Below are positions 10,833 to 20,692 of a stretch of DNA of 64,000 bases, piece by piece. The stretch is from positions 1,525 through 65,524 of the forward strand of contig CAYOJH010000006.1 of NCBI GenBank assembly GCA_964404275.1, in the 5' to 3' direction. Within the stretch, counting starts at the first letter, position 1. Each line of letters opens with the position of its first letter. The notes under the pieces were generated by a model. That model saw only the letters and a program-made list of their open reading frames with translations. It did not search any database and was not told where the DNA came from. Made by a program: the position numbers and the translations under genes. Origin of the DNA: an uncultured Gammaproteobacteria bacterium (lineage in GTDB: Bacteria; Patescibacteriota; Patescibacteriia; SG8-24; DYFX01).

Positions 10833-10889
10833 GAGCCGTTTTGACGCGAAGGCCCGACGTGATTCGTCCTTTTATTTTGCGCAGTCCTC

Positions 10890-11468
10890 TTGACATGCGA
10901 CACCCTCCTTCCGGTAGGAAGTCCCCGCATGTCCACCACGTCAAAAATGCGCGGGCGCGTAAAAAAGACGGGGAAAGCCCTCACCTTTGCCCTCCTGCAA
11001 GCCGCCATCGATTATTTTGAATTTTTTGAAGCGGCTAAAAATCACCGCCGCCTTTTGACGAGCCAGGGTTTGGAAGGCGTACGGAGAGTGAAGTTGCTGA
11101 TGCGTCGGCGCCAGTTCACGGAAAAACTGTATGCCCTTCGACGGCGCGGGTTGTTGAAGCAGCGAAAGATCGGCGATCGTCTCAGGTATTCGTTAACAGA
11201 AAAAGGCAGGATCTCATATTTGAAAATGCTGATTGCTCAAGCACCGCTTAGAAAAGACAGAAAGATGACGCTCGTTATTTTTGATGTTCCCGAGCGTGAG
11301 AAATCCGCACGAGGGTCGTTGAGGCATTTCTTGAAAACCTCGGGTTTCATCCGACTTCAATGGAGCGTATGGGAAACGCGCAAGGATGTCGTTGAGGCTT
11401 TACATCAGTGGGTGCGTCTCAAGAACCTTCAAAATTGGATCACGGTTCTCTTGGCAGAAAAAGCTTGA
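10890..11468 (+). CDS. winged-helix regulator with C-terminal Cas2-like/PaaX_C-like domain
   Basis: N-terminal wHTH-like basic segment; C-terminal MTLVIFDVPEREKSARGSLRHFLKTSGFIRLQWSVWE matches the YDV...R..L...G.R.QxSV.E pattern of Cas2/PaaX C-terminal ferredoxin-like fold; no CRISPR array nearby; start codon ambiguous (10890/10929/10947). Confidence 0.5.
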   Translation: MTCDTLLPVGSPRMSTTSKMRGRVKKTGKALTFALLQAAIDYFEFFEAAKNHRRLLTSQGLEGVRRVKLLMRRRQFTEKLYALRRRGLLKQRKIGDRLRYSLTEKGRISYLKMLIAQAPLRKDRKMTLVIFDVPEREKSARGSLRHFLKTSGFIRLQWSVWETRKDVVEALHQWVRLKNLQNWITVLLAEKA

Positions 11469-11482
11469 AATCGTCGTCCGTT

Positions 11483-11506
11483 AAAATTCTGCGGGCGCAG
11501 AATTTT
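11483..11506. terminator. rho-independent terminator hairpin
   Basis: aaaattctgcg-ggc-gcagaatttt perfect 11-bp palindrome followed by T-run, 15 bp after stop at 11468. Confidence 0.45.
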
Positions 11507-11560
11507 GTCGGCGGCGGAGCGCGGCTTTCGTTGGGAGACGAAGTCGAGTAGGCTGATCGC

Positions 11561-12271
11561 ATGCACGTCGCCGTCATTATTCCCGCGCACGACGAAGCCG
11601 CGATCCTCGAAGCGAACGCGAAGCGGGTTTGGGAATGGGGGAGAGCGGCCTTCGGCGAAAGCTTCATGCTCGTCTTGTCCGAAAACGGTTCGCATGACAG
11701 CACGGCGTGGGTCGCCAAGCTTTTGGAAAAATTGCTGCCCGGCACGCTCGCGCTTTCTTCGAAGGCGCCGGGCAAGGGCGGGGCGATCATGCGCGCGGCC
11801 GCGGCGGTCGAAGCCGAGATCTATCTTTTCATGGATGCGGATCTTTCCGCCGATCTCGCTTCGGCCGAGACGCTCGTGCGCGCGGTCGAAGCCGGCGCGG
11901 ACATGGCGATCGGCTCGCGGCGCGCGGCCGGCGCCGAAGTTTCGCGGCCGCCGTTTCGCAAGCTTTGCACGGCCACGTATGCGCTGGTGGCGCAGCGGAC
12001 GCTGCGGCTGGACGTGCGGGATCCGCAGTGCGGCTGCAAGGCTTTTTCGCGCCGCGTGCGCGACACGATCTTGCCATCCGTGCGCGATGACGGATTTTTC
12101 TTCGACACCGAATTTTTGGCGCGGACGCGACGGCGCGGAATGCGCATCGAGGAACGGGGCATCCGCTGGACGGAGCGGTCCAAGGCATCCGGCGCGAGCA
12201 AAGTCCGCCTGTTCGCGACCGGTTTCGATTTCCTCAAAAAAACGACGGCGTTGCGCAAAGACCTGGGGTAA
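11561..12271 (+). CDS. glycosyltransferase family 2 (dolichyl-phosphate sugar synthase-like)
   Basis: VAVIIPAHDEA N-terminal GT-A start, DAD/DxD acidic motifs, soluble ~236 aa GT2 architecture. Confidence 0.75.
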   Translation: MHVAVIIPAHDEAAILEANAKRVWEWGRAAFGESFMLVLSENGSHDSTAWVAKLLEKLLPGTLALSSKAPGKGGAIMRAAAAVEAEIYLFMDADLSADLASAETLVRAVEAGADMAIGSRRAAGAEVSRPPFRKLCTATYALVAQRTLRLDVRDPQCGCKAFSRRVRDTILPSVRDDGFFFDTEFLARTRRRGMRIEERGIRWTERSKASGASKVRLFATGFDFLKKTTALRKDLG

Positions 12272-12311
12272 GTTACGGTGGATTTAAGGTCTTTTTACCA
12301 AGGAGGCGCCG

Positions 12312-13601
12312 ATGCGCGCATGGCTGATTTCGGCTGTTGTTTTGGCCGGCTGCCTGCACGGCCCGGCGTTTCCCGCACCGAGTCCGCATGTGGACGCGAT
12401 GAAGGCGTGGCACGCGGCCATGCAAGCCAAGGAGTATCTGAACGCCGCGGAAGCGGCCGCCAAAGGCGGGCTTCATCCGCGACTGATCGGTCTTCCGCTC
12501 GAGCTTGCTCGCCAAGAGGCGCAAGCGAGCGCGCAGGCCTATCTCGACGCCAGGTGGAAGAACGAAGGCAACGCGCTTCGCGAACGGATGGTCGAGGCCT
12601 TCCGCCAGGAAGTCGCGATCGCCTGCACGTACGGACCGGTCAAGGAGTCCGCCGAGTTGGCGGTGAACGACGTCCGCTCGACCAGTCAGAACGTGTTCGA
12701 CGACGGGCTCCTCAACCTGCTGCTCGAGAACAGCTGCCCGCTCGATCACGATCTGCGCTACGAGATCATCATGACGGCCGCCGCATCGGGACTGGACGAC
12801 CTTGCTCTCAAGGAAGCGCTGCACGCGCCCGATTGGACGGACATCAATGCGCTCACGTTCGCCATCTGGTATCCGATGCACGGCAACTGTGGCCGCGGGT
12901 TCCGGATCGCCACGCTCTTCGCGCTGAAGCCGGATGCCATCGAGAAGCTGATCGCGGCCAGCGATTGCGAGCCGGGCGGATACGCCACGGCCGGATGGGC
13001 GTTCCCGCGACAGGACGCCCGCGGCTATTTTTTCGCCGCGGTTCGGCAGCGCAAATACCGCCTGGCGCTGGCCTTCAATCGCTTGGCCGGCGGCGGAGAC
13101 GAGGAGATCGCCTATCTGGTTCAGGAGCTGTTCGCGCACAAGGACGAATACGCGGCCGCGGAACGGCTCGTCAAAGCCAACCCCGAACTGCGCGATCCGA
13201 TCTACGCCTTCGCGCTGGCGCACGGCCGGGCGCGCTACGTCGGCCAGCGGGCGAAAGAAATCTCGTGGGAGGAACGCGCCTTCGAGCAGCTGCTGCGCGA
13301 CGGCAAGTATGAGGACGCGGCCGAAGTGGCCGAGTACGGCGTCTCGTTGACGCTGAGAACGGAAGGCGTCTTGCGGGCGTTTCGCGCGGCCGCGCAGGCG
13401 GGAAACTTTCCCAGCGCCGGCTACCTCGGGAAGCGCTACTCGGCGATCGTGCCCAAGGACGAAGTTGAAGCCGCGCGCGATGCTTGGAACGCGGCGCATC
13501 CGGACCAATGGTATGGACCGCGCAAGCTGCCGCGGAATCTCCCGAAGCTTCCGCCCTGCTCGAAAGACTGGGACGCGGAACAGAAACCTTGTCAGAAATA
13601 A
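12312..13601 (+). CDS. hypothetical lipoprotein
   Basis: Signal peptide with lipobox (VVLAGCLHG); 429 aa, helical, no recognisable catalytic motif. Confidence 0.5.
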   Translation: MRAWLISAVVLAGCLHGPAFPAPSPHVDAMKAWHAAMQAKEYLNAAEAAAKGGLHPRLIGLPLELARQEAQASAQAYLDARWKNEGNALRERMVEAFRQEVAIACTYGPVKESAELAVNDVRSTSQNVFDDGLLNLLLENSCPLDHDLRYEIIMTAAASGLDDLALKEALHAPDWTDINALTFAIWYPMHGNCGRGFRIATLFALKPDAIEKLIAASDCEPGGYATAGWAFPRQDARGYFFAAVRQRKYRLALAFNRLAGGGDEEIAYLVQELFAHKDEYAAAERLVKANPELRDPIYAFALAHGRARYVGQRAKEISWEERAFEQLLRDGKYEDAAEVAEYGVSLTLRTEGVLRAFRAAAQAGNFPSAGYLGKRYSAIVPKDEVEAARDAWNAAHPDQWYGPRKLPRNLPKLPPCSKDWDAEQKPCQK

Positions 13602-13605
13602 AACG

Positions 13606-13632
13606 CCCTGTACCGTACGGTGCAGGGTTTTT
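13606..13632. terminator. rho-independent terminator hairpin (bidirectional, between convergent genes)
   Basis: ccctgtaccg-tacgg-tgcaggg stem followed by ttttt. Confidence 0.45.
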
Positions 13633-14463
13633 CTATTCTCCGATCGCCAGCCTGCGGACCGGATCCCAGCGCCCGCGGCAGGCCGGACCGTCCTTCGGAC
13701 GCTCGCGGTGCCAATAGCGCCATTCGGCCGGGTAGGTCGCATGCGGCGCGAGGCCGGAGGCGGCGTTCAGCGTGATGAAAGAGGAGGAGCGCGTGCCGTA
13801 GTTGTCTTCCGGCGGACGATGGATGCAGGTCGAGGCCATGCGCTTCATCCACTCGGAACCGGGTTTGGGATACGGATCGTGGATCTCGAGCAGGCGCTGC
13901 CAGGTGCCGCGATGCGGCGTCATGTGCGCGAGACGATCCGAGGCCCAGCGGCGTTCGATCGCTTCGGCGCGCGGACTATGGCCGGAGCCGACGCCGAGGT
14001 TGCTGACGATCACGAGGCCGCTGCCGGCGCGGGGAATGACGTCGGTGACGTACGGATGTTCCGGTCCGTTCGCGCCGTCGCCGCGGATCACGCGCACGCC
14101 CGTCGCTTCGTCGCCGACGATCAGGTTGAAGCCGTTGTAGCGGCGCGCGTCGAGCGCGGTCAGGCAGAGCATCGCGTCATGCGCGCAGGACTCCTGGGTC
14201 GCGAGGATGACGAGTTCGCCGCGCGATTCCTGGCCGCCGATCGAGCGGACGTCGGCGCGATTCGTCAGCGCGGCGAAGAGGCCGCGCGCGTTCACGCCGA
14301 TCCAGGTGCCGCCGCGCAAAAGGTCTTTCGGAGCGAGCCGTTTCGGCTCGCCATCCCACGCGTTCGGCGGTTCGGCGGTCCGATCGAGCAGTTCGTCGCG
14401 GTTGGCGGCGATCACGATCGGATGGTGCGGAAAGAGCTTGTACCCGACGATGACGGTGCACAT
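13633..14463 (-). CDS. NRDE family protein (DUF833/TANGO2-like)
   Basis: N-terminal MCTVIVGYKLFPHHPIVIAANRDE signature of NRDE family. Confidence 0.75.
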   Translation of the reverse strand: MCTVIVGYKLFPHHPIVIAANRDELLDRTAEPPNAWDGEPKRLAPKDLLRGGTWIGVNARGLFAALTNRADVRSIGGQESRGELVILATQESCAHDAMLCLTALDARRYNGFNLIVGDEATGVRVIRGDGANGPEHPYVTDVIPRAGSGLVIVSNLGVGSGHSPRAEAIERRWASDRLAHMTPHRGTWQRLLEIHDPYPKPGSEWMKRMASTCIHRPPEDNYGTRSSSFITLNAASGLAPHATYPAEWRYWHRERPKDGPACRGRWDPVRRLAIGE

Positions 14464-14483
14464 CGAGTCCTCCTGACCCGACT

Positions 14484-16175
14484 CTACGGATGTTCGATGA
14501 TGATGGCAAGGTCCTGTTCGCGGAGCTTGGAGAGCGTGCGGAGCGTCTTGTCTTCTTCGAGCAGGCGTCCGAGCTGCCGTCCGCCGACGAAGTGGGGGAG
14601 GATGACGTAATCGGCGCCGCGTTCGTAGAGCGTGACCGCGTCGAATTCCGATTCGGCGGTCAAAATGACCTTGGCTTTCGGGTTGGCGGCTTTGACGCGG
14701 GCCAGGAGCCCGGAAGATTCGTGGAACGACGGCACGGTCGAGATGACGGCGCGGGCCTCGTCGAGCGCGGCGAGATCCTGGATGCTCGGATCGGCGATGT
14801 CGCCATAGATCGCGCGGATGCCTCGGCGTCCCAGCTGCGTGACGACGTCGGGATTGAAATCGACGACCAGGAACTTTTTGTGCATGTCTTCGAGGGAGCG
14901 CAGGACGTTGTGGCCGACGCGGTGGCAGCCGACCAGCACGATGTGGCCCTTGAGCGCTTCGCTCGCGACGCGCTGTTCCTTCTTCGCGCGGAATTCGAAG
15001 AGTTTCAGGAACGGCGACAAGCGCTCATAGAGCGCCTCGCTGTGCAGGATCATGTACGAGGAAATCAGGATCGTGATCAGCGCGACGGCGGTCACGATCG
15101 AGACGACGTCCTGTCCGACGTGGCCGAGCCGGTGCCCGAGCGTCACGACGATCAGGCTGAATTCCGAGACTTGCGCGACGGTCACGCCGGCCATGAAGGA
15201 GGTCCGCGCGCGGAAGCCGAGCGCGCCCATCAAGACCATCACGATCAGCGGATTGCCGATCAGCACGAACAGCGAAAGCACGACGATCGGCAGCCAATGC
15301 GCCGCGGCTCCGGAGAGCACGAGCTTCGAGCCGAGCACGATGAAGAACATGACGGCGAAGACGTCGCGCAGCGATTTGACGCGGCTCATGATCTGGAAAT
15401 GCTCGACGCTTTCGGACAGCGCCACGCCGGCCATGAAGCTGCCGATCTCGATCGTCAGTCCGACGGACGGCAGGCTGGCCAGCGCCGCCATGCCCAGGCC
15501 CCAGGTCAGGCTGGCCAGGAACAAAATTTCCTGCGAGCCGGCCAGGCGATGCAGGATTTTCGGCATCAGGTATTTGCCGATCAAAAGCGAGAGACCGAGC
15601 AGGGCCGTGCCTTTGGCGAACGTCATGGCGAGCGCGAGCGGGATGCGCGAAGGTTCGAGCGACGCGCCGGACAGGCCGGAGAGCAGGATCAAGACGCCGA
15701 GGGCGATGAAGTCCTGGAGCAGCAGCACGCCGACCACGAGCTTGCCGTAGAGACTGGCCAGCGCTTTCTTTTCTGAGAGCAGCTTGATGACGATGATCGT
15801 GCTCGAGAAGGTCAGCGTGACCGCGATGTAGGCGGCCGGAAGCCCGCGAAGCCCGAGCGCCAGCGTGATCAGGTAGCCGACGCCGGACGTGAAGAGCACC
15901 TGGCCGACGCCGATCAGCGCGGCGGCGCGTCCGACGTGCCGCAGTTCGGAGAAATTCATCTCCATGCCGGCCAGGAACAGCAGGAAGGCGATGCCGAATT
16001 GCGCCAAGACATCAAGCACTTGGCCGTTGTTCAGCTGCAGCAAACCGAGCGGCCCGACGATCAGTCCGGTCGCGATATAGCCGAGGAGCGTCGGCTGCTT
16101 GCAGAGGCGCGCGATCGCGCCAAGCCCCGTCGCCAGCCCAAGCACCAGCGCGAGTTCGAGAAACAAGTGGTCCAT
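14484..16175 (-). CDS. monovalent cation:proton antiporter (Kef/CPA2-type) with C-terminal RCK/TrkA-N domain
   Basis: ~12 TM Na_H exchanger-like N-terminal domain, C-terminal Rossmann GHIVLVGCHRVGHNV typical of RCK; true ATG at 16175 (MDHLF) downstream of ORF-track start. Confidence 0.8.
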   Translation of the reverse strand: MDHLFLELALVLGLATGLGAIARLCKQPTLLGYIATGLIVGPLGLLQLNNGQVLDVLAQFGIAFLLFLAGMEMNFSELRHVGRAAALIGVGQVLFTSGVGYLITLALGLRGLPAAYIAVTLTFSSTIIVIKLLSEKKALASLYGKLVVGVLLLQDFIALGVLILLSGLSGASLEPSRIPLALAMTFAKGTALLGLSLLIGKYLMPKILHRLAGSQEILFLASLTWGLGMAALASLPSVGLTIEIGSFMAGVALSESVEHFQIMSRVKSLRDVFAVMFFIVLGSKLVLSGAAAHWLPIVVLSLFVLIGNPLIVMVLMGALGFRARTSFMAGVTVAQVSEFSLIVVTLGHRLGHVGQDVVSIVTAVALITILISSYMILHSEALYERLSPFLKLFEFRAKKEQRVASEALKGHIVLVGCHRVGHNVLRSLEDMHKKFLVVDFNPDVVTQLGRRGIRAIYGDIADPSIQDLAALDEARAVISTVPSFHESSGLLARVKAANPKAKVILTAESEFDAVTLYERGADYVILPHFVGGRQLGRLLEEDKTLRTLSKLREQDLAIIIEHP

Positions 16176-16273
16176 GGCTTCCAGTATAACAAATGTGAAC
16201 GAAAACGGCGTTGACGCGCGCGCCGCGCGGCGGTACAACTGACGCACCACCCGTTCTTTGAGAGGAGAACCCG

Positions 16274-17071
16274 ATGACTGACGCTTGCGCATCCATACAT
16301 GCGACCTTGTCCGCGCAGCTGGATTCCGGCTTGCCGTTCGATCTCACGCTGGAAGAGGTCCGGCACTTGAACGCCTGTGCCGATTGCGAAGAGTGGTTCG
16401 AGACGCACATCGATAACGCGGATCTCGGCGAGGACGAGGATGCCGCGATCGCACGCGTGCAGCCGCTGCTTGAGCGATTCGCCGAGCTTGAAGCGGAAGC
16501 GCCACCGGACGCGGCAGCCGAAGCGCTCGCTTCCGCGCGCGACGCGGAAAACGCCTCGTTCGAGACCGTCGTACGCGCCTTCATCGCCAAACACCCTTTG
16601 CTCGATCCGGCCGCGCACGACATCCCGATGGACCGCTATCGGTACCCCGTGTTCTTCATGGTCGTGCATACCGTCAACATGCTGATGCGCAGGATCCTCC
16701 GCAGCGACGAAGCCATGGCAAAGGTCTACGGTCTGCGCGACGACGGAGAAGTGTTCCTGGACGGCATTTCGAAAGTGCCGGCCGCCAGCGTGCAAAGAGA
16801 AATCGCGCAGTGGCTTGGTATCGAACGCATCGTGCCGGAGGCGGAAAAAACGCCGGACCTGCAAGAAGCGTTCCGGCGCGAGAAGGCCTGGCGCGACGAC
16901 GAGACGTGCGTCAAGCTCGCGCGCTGGATCGTCGCGGCGATCCGCTGCAAGCCGGACCTGATGCGGAACTTCCGTATGGTCGGCGTTTCGCCGAAGGATC
17001 CGCGCATGATTCTGCTCGAGCCGATCCGTACCAAGAGCGGCGAACGCGATCCTCTCGAGTTGTGGAAATGA
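16274..17071 (+). CDS. hypothetical protein with zf-HC2-like (anti-sigma factor-type) N-terminal motif
   Basis: HLNACADCEEW resembles HxxxCxxC zinc-finger of anti-sigma factors; remainder unrecognised; not adjacent to a sigma factor. Confidence 0.45.
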   Translation: MTDACASIHATLSAQLDSGLPFDLTLEEVRHLNACADCEEWFETHIDNADLGEDEDAAIARVQPLLERFAELEAEAPPDAAAEALASARDAENASFETVVRAFIAKHPLLDPAAHDIPMDRYRYPVFFMVVHTVNMLMRRILRSDEAMAKVYGLRDDGEVFLDGISKVPAASVQREIAQWLGIERIVPEAEKTPDLQEAFRREKAWRDDETCVKLARWIVAAIRCKPDLMRNFRMVGVSPKDPRMILLEPIRTKSGERDPLELWK

Positions 17072-17100
17072 AAAGCGCGCCCCGTACGGCGCGCCTTTTT
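17072..17100. terminator. bidirectional rho-independent terminator
   Basis: aaaagcgcgcc-ccgtac-ggcgcgccttttt between convergent genes. Confidence 0.5.
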
Positions 17101-18433
17101 ATTTGTTGAGCTGATCGATGTCGCTCTGGTATTGCGTCGCGAGCTTGACGACGTTGTCGCCGTAGAAGCGGTAGGCGAGGTTGGTGGAGCCCGAGAAATA
17201 TTTCATGGCCGCCGCCCATTCGCCACTTTGCGTTCCGCCGCCGTCCGCTTTCAATTTGAGCGAAGCGGCCAGGAAAGCGTCGCGGATGTCCCAGGGGTTG
17301 GCGGTCTTGCCGGTGATCGCTGAAATCTTGCCGGCATAGCCGAGCCAGGTCGAGGGGATGAATTGCGCCGGACCCATCGCGCCGCCCCAGCCGATCTGGT
17401 TGCCGTTCGCATCATGCATCGGGCAGGAGATCGGCGTCGTGTCGATCGGCAAGTTGAGAGCGGAGGTGATCTGCTGGAACGGCGCTTGGTCGCGATCCGG
17501 CTTCATCACGACTCTCCAGCTTTTGGAAGGAGGATCGTTCAGGCGGTTGCAGGTGCCGACGTTGGAGCCGAGATTCGATTCCTGCGTCAGAATCCCCAGA
17601 AGGAAGGCGGCCCGCACGCCCGTCTGAGCCGAAGCCCATTGCGCCACGGCGACCGCCTGGCCGAAGGTGATCTGCTTGCCGAGTTCGAGCAGCGTGTACA
17701 TGCGATTGCGGATCGCCGCGGCCTGCTGCTTCTGATCCGCCAGCTGGTTCTGGTACGCCGCCTCCTTGCCTTTGGTTTCCTGAAGCAGCGTGTCCTGGTC
17801 CTTGATCGTGCCGGTCAGTTCCTGGTTCTGCAGCTGGATGATCGAAAAAAAGTTTTGCTGTTGCTGCTTCTGATCGGCCAGGTGCGCCTTCTGCGCTTCC
17901 AGGCTATCGGTTTCAACTTTCACTTGTGCCGCGATCGCGGAGAGCCCGTCGTTGATCCGCTCGTAGCCGTTCAGCTCGCCGAAGAAATCGGACAGGTTGT
18001 CGCCCGAAAGCAGGATGTCGATCAGCGTGCGGCGATCCTGCTTGTAGAGTTCCTGCACGACTTCGCCCATCTGCTCTTGCAGCCGCGCAAGCTTGTCCTG
18101 CTGGACGGCGATCTGGCCTTGCGTCTGATCGAGCTTCCTGGTCGTGTCCTTGATCAGGGCTTGCGATTCCTGGATCTGCAGCTGGATTTTCGCGCGCTGG
18201 GCGTTCAGCTGCTTGAGCTTGTTGGCCAGCGTGTTCTTTTGCGACTGAACCGTCTTGATCTGCTGTTCGTAGCTGGCGATCTGCTTCTCGATGTCCTTGA
18301 GCTGCTGCTGGAGCTGCGTCTGCTGCTGTTGGATCTCCTCCAGCGTCTGCTGCGCTCGGAGCGGAGAGGAGAACGCCAAAACGCACGCGACGAGCGCGAG
18401 AGCGGCGATTCCGATTTTCGCGCTGATCTTCAC
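17099..18433 (-). CDS. coiled-coil protein with C-terminal lytic transglycosylase (MltB/SLT-like) domain
   Basis: Signal/TM anchor, ~250-aa Gln-rich coiled coil, C-terminal ILTQESN...GAMGPAQFIPSTW matching lytic transglycosylase catalytic Glu and GPxQF motif. Confidence 0.65.
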   Translation of the reverse strand: MKISAKIGIAALALVACVLAFSSPLRAQQTLEEIQQQQTQLQQQLKDIEKQIASYEQQIKTVQSQKNTLANKLKQLNAQRAKIQLQIQESQALIKDTTRKLDQTQGQIAVQQDKLARLQEQMGEVVQELYKQDRRTLIDILLSGDNLSDFFGELNGYERINDGLSAIAAQVKVETDSLEAQKAHLADQKQQQQNFFSIIQLQNQELTGTIKDQDTLLQETKGKEAAYQNQLADQKQQAAAIRNRMYTLLELGKQITFGQAVAVAQWASAQTGVRAAFLLGILTQESNLGSNVGTCNRLNDPPSKSWRVVMKPDRDQAPFQQITSALNLPIDTTPISCPMHDANGNQIGWGGAMGPAQFIPSTWLGYAGKISAITGKTANPWDIRDAFLAASLKLKADGGGTQSGEWAAAMKYFSGSTNLAYRFYGDNVVKLATQYQSDIDQLNK

Positions 18434-18495
18434 GGGCTTCAGTATAGCATTCCCCGCACGCCCTTTTTCGCGAAAACCGCTCTTTCAAGCGGTTT

Positions 18496-19518
18496 TTAGC
18501 GGAGCAGATCCTCGCCGTCGGCCTCGATGCGGTCGAAGTCGACGAAGATGTCGATGTGGAAGTGCGTTTTTTTGGGGACGTAGCCCGGCTTGGCGTAGAC
18601 GCCGTGCTTTTCGCCCAGCGAAAGATGCAGGCCCTTCTGGCGTTCGAAAGCGGTGATGTCGTTCACGACGCGATCCTTGCCCATGGCCGGATTGAGACCG
18701 ACGCCGAATTCGCGCACCAGGATCTCCTCTTCGGCCGAGATCTGATCGAGCACCTTTTGGAAATCCGACGGCCCGTCATGCGAAACGAGGATGCCGTTTT
18801 CGATGCGGATCTTGAACGGCGCGCGGATCTTCACGAGATGGTCGGTGCCGGCGAAGGCGAAGATCATCGCTTCGCCGTTCAGTTTCGAAAAATCTTTCGG
18901 TTCGCTGAAGACCTCGCCGATCGGAAACGTGCCGCCGACGTTCTTCATGCCTTCGTAGTCGCCGACATTGAGCTTGGTGTCCTCCATGCCGCCTTCGTAC
19001 GTCAGCACCGTGCCGCTTCCGAAGACCTTGATCGTTTCCGCGCGATCGATCCGCTCTTTCAAGAGATGGCCGCGCGTCCGATAGTAGGAAGGATCGTAGG
19101 CCAGCGCATCGACGTAGATTTCGATTTGCCGATCATCGGTGGCGCGTTCGAGATGCACGTGCTCGATGACGGACAAGCCGCGCTGGAAGAGCTCGATGCG
19201 GATGCGGAATTCGCTCAGACGAAAATTCGACGATTGAACGAGGACCGTCAGGTCGCCCGGCTCGAGTTTCTTGATTTCTTCCAAAATGCGGGCCGGTTCC
19301 ACGGCGTCGAAATCAAGGCGCGTCGCGTCCGGAATCGCCGTTCGATAGGCCTCGGCCAGGAGGCGCGAAAGCGGCGAGCGCAGATCGAAAACCACCAGCG
19401 CCGCGCGGGCGGGATGGTGCTCGATCGCGAGCGTGACGATGTCCGCGACGTGCGTGGCCGCGGCGGAAGAGACGGATTCCATGCGTCCCAGCCTACGTCG
19501 CCGAACGATCCGTGTCAA
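18496..19518 (-). CDS. hypothetical protein (possible M29-type aminopeptidase-like fold)
   Basis: 340-aa soluble protein; weak resemblance (FGVGLNP..) to aminopeptidase T/S family; not secure. Confidence 0.35.
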   Translation of the reverse strand: MTRIVRRRRLGRMESVSSAAATHVADIVTLAIEHHPARAALVVFDLRSPLSRLLAEAYRTAIPDATRLDFDAVEPARILEEIKKLEPGDLTVLVQSSNFRLSEFRIRIELFQRGLSVIEHVHLERATDDRQIEIYVDALAYDPSYYRTRGHLLKERIDRAETIKVFGSGTVLTYEGGMEDTKLNVGDYEGMKNVGGTFPIGEVFSEPKDFSKLNGEAMIFAFAGTDHLVKIRAPFKIRIENGILVSHDGPSDFQKVLDQISAEEEILVREFGVGLNPAMGKDRVVNDITAFERQKGLHLSLGEKHGVYAKPGYVPKKTHFHIDIFVDFDRIEADGEDLLR

Positions 19519-19540
19519 AGCTTGACGCCTGCCGAAAAAT

Positions 19541-20125
19541 ATGAGGCAATCCCATTCGGAGGAAATGATGAAGCTCCATCAACGCACGACCGACTGGTGG
19601 GTCCGTCTGCTGCGAGAAGGCCGCCTCGACGCCTGGCTGCAGCGGCTGCATCAAGCCGAATCGGGCGGCGCCGCGCGCTTCTCGAAGATCGCCGCGGATT
19701 GGAAGCCGATCGGCCAAGCGCAGGTCACGCTCTCCGACATCATCGACGATGAGATTCGCCACAAGGACCTGGTCGAAGTCGTCCTGATCGGCCGCAGGAT
19801 CGAGGTGCCGGCGCCGGCGCGCGAATCGGAGGAGCGGTACTGGAGCCAGGTTTGGAAAGGCGTCACCAGCTTCGAAACCGCCTGCGCCGCCGGGACCTAC
19901 GGCGAGATGCTCGCGCTCAACCGCTTCCGGGTCATTCATGGCCACGCGGATACCCCGAACGACGTGCATCAGCTGGTCGCCCGGATCGAGCCGGACGAGG
20001 CGCGGCACGCCTTCGAGCTTCGCCGTCTGGCCGGCAAGCCGGCGATGGATGCGATGCGTCCGTTCCACGAAGCCGGCAAGCTCGCGCTCGGGCTCATCGC
20101 CGTCGAAGATGAGGACGAGGATTGA
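19541..20125 (+). CDS. hypothetical protein (possible ferritin-like/diiron helical protein)
   Basis: Helical protein with E..H pairs (DEIRH, EARHAFE); no secure family assignment. Confidence 0.35.
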   Translation: MRQSHSEEMMKLHQRTTDWWVRLLREGRLDAWLQRLHQAESGGAARFSKIAADWKPIGQAQVTLSDIIDDEIRHKDLVEVVLIGRRIEVPAPARESEERYWSQVWKGVTSFETACAAGTYGEMLALNRFRVIHGHADTPNDVHQLVARIEPDEARHAFELRRLAGKPAMDAMRPFHEAGKLALGLIAVEDEDED

Positions 20126-20174
20126 AAGATTCCCTCAGAGGTCGCGTCTACGGAAACGTAGGCGCTTTTTAAAA

Positions 20175-20675
20175 ATGAAGCTGAAATGTATGCGACAAAA
20201 AGAGCATTTCATCGAGGATCCGTTCGATTTCTTGAAGGAAGATCACAAGCGGATCAACACGCTGCTGAACGAGCTGCGCGACGAAGATCGTCTGGCGCAT
20301 GAGCACGGCCTGCTTCTGTCGGAACTGACGGACGCGCTGCTGCTGCATTCCGACCTGGAAAAGGAAGTGCTGTATCCGGTCCTGAAAACCAAGGCGGAAA
20401 CGAGCGAGCTCGCGCTCGAGGCGATCGAGGCGCACGGCATCATCGAAGTCCTGCTCGAGGAACTCAACGACACGCCCGAGGACGTCGGCGAATGGGACGC
20501 CCGGCTGGCCGTGCTGACGGAGAACGTCGAGCGTCACGTCAAGGAGGAAGAACACGAGCTCTTTAAGAAAGCGCACAAGGCCCTTTCGAAAGAAGAGCGC
20601 GACATCCTGGCCAGGGCGATGGAAGATTTCCTGACCGGCGAGGATATCCTGATCGAAGAATACGTCTCCGTCTGA
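20175..20675 (+). CDS. hemerythrin-like (HHE cation-binding) domain protein
   Basis: EDHKRI...H...E...H..E pattern (LKEDHKRINTLL, ENVERHVKEEEHELF) typical of hemerythrin HHE domain. Confidence 0.55.
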   Translation: MKLKCMRQKEHFIEDPFDFLKEDHKRINTLLNELRDEDRLAHEHGLLLSELTDALLLHSDLEKEVLYPVLKTKAETSELALEAIEAHGIIEVLLEELNDTPEDVGEWDARLAVLTENVERHVKEEEHELFKKAHKALSKEERDILARAMEDFLTGEDILIEEYVSV

Positions 20676-20692
20676 ACGGAGGCGTCTTCTTT

